Shown here piece by piece: positions 55,456-64,000 of a stretch of DNA of 64,000 nucleotides. The notes under the pieces were generated by a model. The model was given only the letters and a program-made list of their open reading frames with translations. It ran no database searches and was not told the origin of the DNA. The stretch is from Eledone cirrhosa (taxonomy: Eukaryota): assembly GCA_964016885.1 (NCBI GenBank), contig OZ024743.1, forward strand, positions 373,922,001 to 373,986,000, written 5' to 3'. The stretch's first letter is position 1. The number at the start of each line of letters is the position of its first letter. Both the position numbers and the translations under genes were made by a program.

Positions 55456-57640
55456 TGCTTGCTGCTACTGCTGCTGCTACTGTTGTTGTTGTGATTGCTG
55501 CTACTGCTGCTACTGTTGCTGCTACTGTTGTTGTTGTTGTGATTGCTGCTACTGCTGCTGCTACTGTTGTTGTTGTGATTGCTGCTACTGCTGCTACTGT
55601 TGTTGTTGTGATTGCTGCTACTGTTGCTGCTACTGTTGTTGTTGTTGTGATTGCTGCGACTGCTGCTGCTGCTGTTGTTGTTGTGATTGCTGCTACTGTT
55701 GCTGCTTCTGTTGTTGTTGTTGTGATTGCTGCTACTGCTGCTGCTACTGTTGTTGTTGTTGTGATTGCTGCTACTGTTGCTGCTACTGTTGTTGTTGTTG
55801 TGATTGCTGCTACTGCTGCTGCTACTGTTGTTGTTGTTGTGATTGCTGCTACTGTTGCTGCTACTGTTGTTGTTGTTGTGATTGCTGCTACTGTTGCTGC
55901 TACTGCTGTTGTTGTTGTGATTGCTGCTACTGCTGCTACTGTTGTTGTTGTTGTGATTGCTGCTACTGCTGCTGCTGCTGCTGTTGTTGTTGTGATTGCT
56001 GCTACTGTTGCTGCTACTGTTGTTGTTGTTGTGATTGCTGCTACTGCTGCTGCTGCTGCTGTTGTTGTTGTGATTGCTGCTACTGTTGCTGCTACTGTTG
56101 TTGTTGTTGTGATTGCTGCTACTGCTGCTACTGTTGTTGTTGTTGTTATTGCTGCTACTCTTGCTGCTACTGCTGTTGTTGTTGTGATTGCTGCTACTGC
56201 TGCTACTGTTGTTGTTGTTGTGATTGCTGCTACTGTTGCTGCTACTGTTGTTGTTGTTGTGATTGCTGCTACTGTTGCTGCTACTGTTGCTGCTACTGTT
56301 GTTGTTGTTGTGATTGCTGCTACTGCTGCTACTGTTGTTGTTGTGATTGCTGCTACTGCTGCTACTGTTGTTGTTGTTGTGATTGCTGCTACTGCTGCTA
56401 CTGTTGTTGTTGTGATTGCTGCTACTGCTGCTACTGTTGTTGTTGCTCTGATTGCTGCTACTGCTGCTACTGTTGTTGTTGTGATTGCTGCTACTGCTGC
56501 TACTGTTGTTGTTGTTGTGATTGCTGCTACTGCTGCTACTGTTGTTGTTGTTGTGATTGCTGCTACTGTTGCTGCTACTGTTGTTGTTGTGATTGCTGCT
56601 ACTGTTGCTGCTACTGTTGTTGTTGTTGTGATTGCTGCTACTGTTGCTGCTACTGCTGTTGTTGTTGTGATTGCTGCTACTGCTGCTACTGTTGTTGTTG
56701 CTCTGATTGCTGCTACTGCTGCTACTGTTGTTGTTGTGATTGCTGCTACTGCTGCTACTGTTGTTGTTGTTGTGATTGCTGCTACTGCTGCTACTGTTGT
56801 TGTTGTTGTGATTGCTGCTACTGCTGCTACTGTTGTTGTTGTTGTGATTGCTGCTACTGTTGCTGCTACTGCTGTTGTTGTTGTGATTGCTGCTACTGTT
56901 GCTGCTACTGTTGTTGTTGTTGTGATTGCTGCTACTGTTGCTGCTACTGTTGCTGCTACTGTTGTTGTTGTTGTGATTGCTGCTACTGCTGCTACTGTTG
57001 TTGTTGTTGTGATTGCTGCTACTGTTGCTGCTACTGTTGTTGTTGTGATTGCTGCTACTGCTGCTACTGTTGTTGTTGTTGTGATTGCTGCTACTGTTGT
57101 TGTTGTTGTGATTGCTGCTACTGTTGCTGCTACTGTTGTTGTTGCTGCTGTCGTCGTTAATGTTGTTAATGTTGTTATTGTTGTTAATGTTGTTATTGTT
57201 GTTATTGTTGTTATTGTTGTTATTGGTGTTATTGTTGTTATTGTTGCTACTGTTGTTGTTGCTGCTGTGGTTGTTGTTATTGTTGTTATTGTTGTTGCTG
57301 TTGTTATTGGTGTTATTGTTGTTAATGTTGTTATTGTTGTTATTGTTGTTATTGTTGTTATTGGTGTTATTGTTGTTATTGTTGTTATTGTTGTTGCTAC
57401 TGTTGTTGTTGCTGCCGTGGTTGTTGTTAATGTTGTTATTGTTGTTATTGTTGTTGCTGTTGTTATTGGTGTTATTGTTGTTATTGTTGTTATTGTTGTT
57501 ATTGGTGTTATTGTTGTTATTGTTGTTATTGTTGTTGCTACTGTTGTTGTTGCTGCCGTGGTTGTTGTTAATGTTGTTATTGTTGTTATTGTTGTTGCTG
57601 TTGTTATTGGTGTTATTGTTGTTGCTGTTGTTATTGGTGT
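55456..57640. repeat. (GTT/GCT/ATT) compound trinucleotide array
   Basis: Seen directly. Confidence 0.95.
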
Positions 57641-57762
57641 TGGGGTGGGAGTAAAGGGGATCAATACTAACAACTACAATGGTAATAACAATAATAGAAT
57701 TAATATCAATAATTATGGCATTGATCTTAGCTACGGTAATGAGATATATACACACACATGTA

Positions 57763-57828
<66 letters not shown>

Positions 57829-58027
57829 AGGGTATAGGTATGTATGTGTATGTGTGTGTGTGTGTGCGTGTGTGTGCGTTTGCATGCATAGTTTTCTACG
57901 CAATTATGTCCTTGGATATGTGTGTATGTATGTATGTATGTATGTATGTATGTATGTATGTATGTATGTATGTATGTATGTATGTATTTATGTATGTATG
58001 TATGTATATATATATATATATATATAT

Positions 58028-58410
58028 GTTATCTCTTTCTCTTAATTTCGAGTATATTTTTTTAACCGGCCACCTTCCTGGTGGCAAGGTTGTAAAAGAA
58101 AAGAAATTGTCATCCCTTGAATAGCAAGAATGTTTTGCAAATTTTGAAGGTGCCAGCTATCGCAGCCATTTGTAGACTATGAATTAGGGAGCTGCGCATT
58201 TTGTCCGCAAATCCAAGTTCAGTCATACTTTGGTCCAAGCGGGTTGGTATATAACCCGTAGCTCCAATAATGATGGGTATGAAGCTAAAGGTGTATCTTG
58301 GATACTGGATTTGTAAACTCCTCATCTATGGTTCGTAGATGTCCTCCTTCTCCTGTATTTTTCTGACAACGTTTACATCAAGTGGGCAGCTGATCTCCAC
58401 AACAGAACAT
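58028..58410 (-). mobile_element. RLE-type LINE 3' end (R4/Dong-like)
   Basis: VEISCPLDVNV..K..EK...Y / FIPIIIGATGYIP...LGF...LQMAAIAGTFKICKTFL; 3' UTR ends at (TA)n. Confidence 0.7.
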
Positions 58411-58707
58411 GTATGTATGTATGAATGTATGTATGTATGTATGCATATATGTACGTATGAATGTATGTATATATGTATATATATATAATTAAGTTAAAAA
58501 TGTACATCCACATATGTATACTGAAATACTAGTATGCATATGAATACACACACGTGTACATATGTAGATGTACCGAGTTTTTCACTGGACACTTTACTGT
58601 GAGTGTCCAGCTATTCTGTATGTAAACACACAGACAAACCGGTTTTTAGAGTCATACTGGTTTTCGAGGAAACACCTTTCCTCTATTCTCCAGAAAGCCA
58701 GACAAGG

Positions 58708-58752
58708 AATATTGGACTAGTTTCGATGTTGTTACATCTCATCAGCAATATT
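58708..58752 (-). ncRNA. Canonical type I hammerhead ribozyme
   Basis: AAUAUUG-CUGAUGA-GAUGU aaca ACAUC-GAAA-CUAG-UC-CAAUAUU: 7-bp stem I, 5-bp stem II, palindromic ACUAGU stem III, GUC triplet. Confidence 0.92.
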
Positions 58753-59173
58753 TACCTATCTTCCGGCCTTTCTAGAGAATCGTAAAAGCACATATCGTTA
58801 TATGCTTTTTCTATGAAAATTAGTAGTGGGCAGACTAATTTGCATAGAGCGTGAGTACGTACCGGTTCAGCGGAGACGATAAAAACAAATAACGAAACGA
58901 AATTAAATTTCGTTTCGTTTGTAACTCACTTTTGTATGACTGACGCTTAAACAATTAAGTTAAAAATGTACATCCACATATGTATACTGAAATACTAGTA
59001 TGCATATGAATACACACACGTGTACATATGTAGATGTACCGAGTTTTTCACTGGACACTTTACTGTGAGTGTCCAGCTATTCTGTATGTAAACTCACAGA
59101 CAAACCGGTTTTTAGAGTCATACTGGTTTTCGAGGAAACACCTTTCCTCTATTCTCCAGAAAGCCAGACAAGG

Positions 59174-59218
59174 AATATTGGACTAGTTTCGATGTTGTTA
59201 CATCTCATCAGCAATATT
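59174..59218 (-). ncRNA. Canonical type I hammerhead ribozyme (second unit)
   Basis: Same sequence as 58708-58752, offset +466. Confidence 0.92.
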
Positions 59219-59549
59219 TACCTATCTTCCGGCCTTTCTAGAGAATCGTAAAAGCACATATCGTTATATGCTTTTTCTATGAAAATTAGTAGTGGGCAGA
59301 CTAATTTGCATAGAGCGTGAGTACGTACCGGTTCAGCGGAGACGATAAAAACAAATAACGAAACGAAATTAAATTTCGTTTCGTTTGTAACTCACTTTTG
59401 TATGACTGACGCTTAAACTTAAGACATAGGTTACTTATGTACTCCAGATGGTCATGGCACTTTCAATTTTACAGATATTGATTATAGGGTCTCCGGCAGA
59501 TAACCCCCTTTAACTACTTCCTTGGAGTCGACTGAAGATCTGCAGTGCA

Positions 59550-59812
59550 ATGCAACAAAACGTCATAACCTCTGGAGTTCGCAACCGATTTTCACAAAAC
59601 TTGACACATGGGCTACGTTTGTCCTACAGATGAATGTGAACTCTCAGAATTGGCACATATTGAGTAGGGGACCCCTGGGGGCAGGAACCCTCTTTTGGAA
59701 AAAGCCGATGATTTTATAAAAGTATAGTTTTCGAAGTAGCACTGAAGTATTGACATAAATGGTATACACAACTGCTATTTAATAGCAGAGCAACGCCGGG
59801 TACCTCTGCTAG
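59550..59812 (+). mobile_element. Helitron 3' fragment
   Basis: Ends agcaacgccgggtacctctgCTAG|T; body contains ccgattttcacaaaacttgacac. Confidence 0.55.
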
Positions 59813-59888
59813 TATATAAATTGATCAATTTACATGCTTACATATGTCATTAATGTGGATATAAGTTGTAACGATGAAAGAATGGTAT

Positions 59889-61388
59889 TTAACTAATGTA
59901 TTGGTACGCGATGGGGCCCACCCCAGCCCCGGCGGACAGAATGGAGAAGGCGTTTCCCCGGAGGCCCGGAGGACGGCAAGGGAGACGCGCTGGAAAAGCC
60001 ACTCCATTCGCGGGGCTCACACCTGCAGCTGCCAGCTCAGCGCCTATGGTGGTGAGTAAGGAGGTAGCCCTGGGGCCGAGGACACCAGAAGTTTCAACTG
60101 CTAGGGGAACGACCGCAAACCTGTCGGAAAGCGACCGGTATTTGAGGAGTTTGGCCCCCTCAGCCCGACGTGCAGCAGAACCTGGGTCAGTCGCAGACTG
60201 CACCAGGTTGCAGCTGCAGAAAGTGTCGGTGCAAATGGCATCCCAGACGAGGGGTTTTCCACCGCGGAACGGGAAGATGGTCATGCCATCTGGCCTTTTG
60301 CCGTCCCCTCGATCCAGCCCCACCGGCTCGAGCTGGGAAGGGAAGCCTGCAGCGTCCAAGCCATGCTTAATGACCTCGTTGAGGGCAGTATGGCGTGGAA
60401 TGCGGCCGGCACTGTGGAGACAGGAAAGAGGGTGGAGGCCGGAAGAGTCCACGGTGGAACTGCAGCGACATTGGTGTGACTGGCAGATCTGGAGGCCGAG
60501 CCTCAGGGAAACGCCGATTCGCAGGCTATGGTTGTCTAGCTGCGTGCCACTGGAGAAGGAGGGAAGAGCATGGAGCCAGGCACCACTGTGGGGTTTGGAG
60601 GCCGCACGAAAACAAGCAAGGCGGTGCTGGTAGAGCTGGCGCGTGAGCCTGTCTGAGACCAGGCTGCACTGGATGGCATCCCAAGTGCATTGGGGGGACT
60701 TGACGTCAGCAGGGGAAGAAGGAGGAGAGACGTCTACTGGGCTAAGCTAGTGAGATCGGGGACCGGAGGCCTAGGCCGCCATACCTGACAGGTAAAGTGG
60801 CCTGTTGCCACCCTATGTCGTCAAACTTGACGTTGCATATCCCCTCGGCTGCTGCTCGGATACAAGTATCGAGGTCAGCGAGGGGGAGATGTCTGGGTGT
60901 AGCATGGAGCGCTGCGGAGTGTATAGAGGAACTTCGGCATGGCGAAGCAGTTCCACAGCAGAAAGAGAGCTGGGTGGCCGTCAATCAAGCCCAGTCGGCT
61001 CGTGAGAGTCTGGAGCTGTTGAAGCCTGGACCTGATGGTGGAGCGGATGGCCGGCGGGTGGATCGGTGACCCGAGGATGAGGACATCCTCTTTGGGGGTC
61101 ACCTGAACCTGGCGGAGAATGGACTGCACGTCCAAGACGGAGGCTGCAAAGCTCGCAGCATCGAGGCTGACGTTCACCATCTCCGACTTGGCCGAGTTGA
61201 CCTGGAGGCCGATTCTCGCCAGGGCAGGAATCACCGATTGAAGGTCTTGGTACGGGCCCGCCCAACGTAGCATCATCCAGACACCAAACGTTGAGAGGGA
61301 CCGTGATACTCCGGGCGATGTGGTCAATACCAAGGGCGAACAGGAGGGGACTCAAAGGGTCATCCAGTTGGACCCCAGTAGCCGAGGG
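59889..61388 (-). pseudogene. CRE-clade non-LTR retrotransposon, 5'-truncated (RT, CCHC knuckle, RLE), frameshifted with internal deletion
   Basis: GVQLDDPLSPLLFAL..VWCLDDATLGG; QATLPVRYGGLGLRS; CRC....D..GLHPLSC; RH..LN; KRPDG; VWDAIC; K..KY; PLAVETSG. Confidence 0.85.
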
Positions 61389-61484
61389 TGTATATATTCA
61401 TACCAGTTTGTGCAGTCATGGTTACACTATCTGTATTTATACCGATATGACTTTATCATAGACGTCGGCTGGTAGTGCACATCT

Positions 61485-61554
<70 letters not shown>

Positions 61555-61594
61555 GTATGTATATATATATATATGTATATATATAAAGAGAGAA

Positions 61595-61628
<34 letters not shown>

Positions 61629-62330
61629 GTCTGCGGTGCTGAGACCAAAGAGACCACTAATCATGGGAGTACTCAATGGATGGGGAGATGAAAAGGATTG
61701 CTGCACACTCGAAGGTAAACCGCTTGGCGCCACGTTTGGGATTTTACACCCCGCCCCTTCTCTCTCTCTCTATATATATATATACATATATTCTTATGGA
61801 TATCTATCTATCGTGATTTGCAATGACAAGGCCCTGGGGCGAATCCCAATGCACGGGACCATGGGTAAATATCAACCTTAGCCTTGTCAATGAAATGAAG
61901 TTACAGATGTCAGATTGACAATATCTGTAACTTAAGGGTTCAGCTTTGTCATATGTTGTGGCTCACATTTCCTGATAATTCCGTTAAGGGTACATATTAA
62001 CGCACCGAGACTTCTTTCTTAATTTCACAAACAAATTGTTCCATTGATCAACATACTGAAACACTCTTCGTCGAAACCGATGCAGGTCCATTACAATATT
62101 GTAGGCGTACAATAATGTGAATACTTAATTGTCTGCGTCTATAGTTTGTTTTTCGTGTGGGAGTATATATCAAGATAGGGAGAAATGTGAATGTATATTT
62201 GTATGTGAGTGTCTGGAAATATATATATATATATATATATATATAGTGCAAATTTAGACGGAAACAAAACAGAGAGGCGGACAAATAAAGGTTTATTAGG
62301 TTCACGCTCTTGAGAGTGAGGGGGTGAGGG

Positions 62331-62360
62331 CGACGTTTCGGGCATAAGCCCTTCTTCGGG
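62331..62360 (-). ncRNA. Hammerhead-like remnant (CCGAAGA variant)
   Basis: C-CCGAAGA-A-GGGC uuau GCCC-GAAA-CG-UC-G; stem I reduced to 1 bp. Confidence 0.45.
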
Positions 62361-62797
62361 ATAAATAGGTTAAATATATAGGCAAAGAGATATTTAATTT
62401 GTTGGTAATTCAACAAATATATTTATAACAGATTCGAAGCACTCGACAAGGTTTCTGGAGTATAATATCATTGATATATATATATATATATATGGAGGCG
62501 AGGTTGTATGTGTGTGTATAGGGGTGCGTAGTTGTGTGCATATGTTTCTCTGCGTGCGTATTCGTGTCTGTACATTTAAGTATGAGTATGTAGTCATACA
62601 GCAATGTGAATATTTATTTGTATGTCTAAAAATGTCTAAAATCTGTTGTAAGCCGGAAGACCCGTCAGGCCAGTACTTATCCCGTTTCATGCCGTCAAGC
62701 GACTGGGAGTACAAAACTCCCCCCCCCCCCCGGACAGGATATGATCGTAGGTCCAACACCCTTACCACGTGCCCGCTACTTATTTTATGTGAGTGTC

Positions 62798-62981
<184 letters not shown>

Positions 62982-62982
62982 C

Positions 62983-63292
<310 letters not shown>

Positions 63293-63297
63293 GTATA

Positions 63298-63362
<65 letters not shown>

Positions 63363-63400
63363 GTATATATATGTATATATATATATATATGTATATATAT

Positions 63401-64000
<600 letters not shown>

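Larger units (their letters stand above)
58487..59418 (-). mobile_element. Tandem 466-bp x2 hammerhead repeat (non-LTR retrozyme-like)
   Basis: aattaagttaaaaatg at 58487 and 58953; near-identical units, each with a canonical hammerhead and many hairpins. Confidence 0.88.

Noticed and set aside
54840-58124. 894-1034-aa overlapping ORFs on both strands
   Set aside because: Stop-free triplet arrays open in several frames at once
58603-59251. Duplicated 60-aa ORFs
   Set aside because: Non-ATG, short, a by-product of the 466-bp duplication; the RNA structure on the opposite strand explains the sequence better
59896-60633. 245-aa plus-strand ORF
   Set aside because: Antisense shadow of the GC-rich CRE element ORF

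Overview
AT-rich, microsatellite-saturated animal DNA with no recognisable host exon. The repeat style (tRNA-derived SINEs, long (TA)n/(ACC)n tracts, Penelope, RTE and Helitron pieces) suggests an octopus/cephalopod intergenic or intronic region; this is inference. Almost all ORF-track entries are simple-repeat artefacts. The real coding remnants are transposon-derived: two Neptune-type Penelope-like elements (PLEs), two short PLE GIY-YIG 3' ends, a CRE-like RLE LINE, an R4-like RLE tail, an RTE tail and a mariner start. Three hidden signals stand out. (1) I could fold by eye 11 type I hammerhead ribozymes with intact cores, plus several decayed ones. (2) Four of them sit in two highly structured head-to-tail repeats (310 bp x2.4 and 466 bp x2) that look like non-LTR retrozymes / circular-RNA retroelements; most of the others sit in short palindromic PLE-derived inserts in (TA)n. 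(3) One PLE copy at ~30 kb carries a dense, strand-specific A->G hypermutation tract relative to its sister copies in this window, as expected for an ADAR-hyperedited RNA that was reverse-transcribed into the genome, and its ribozyme core is destroyed.
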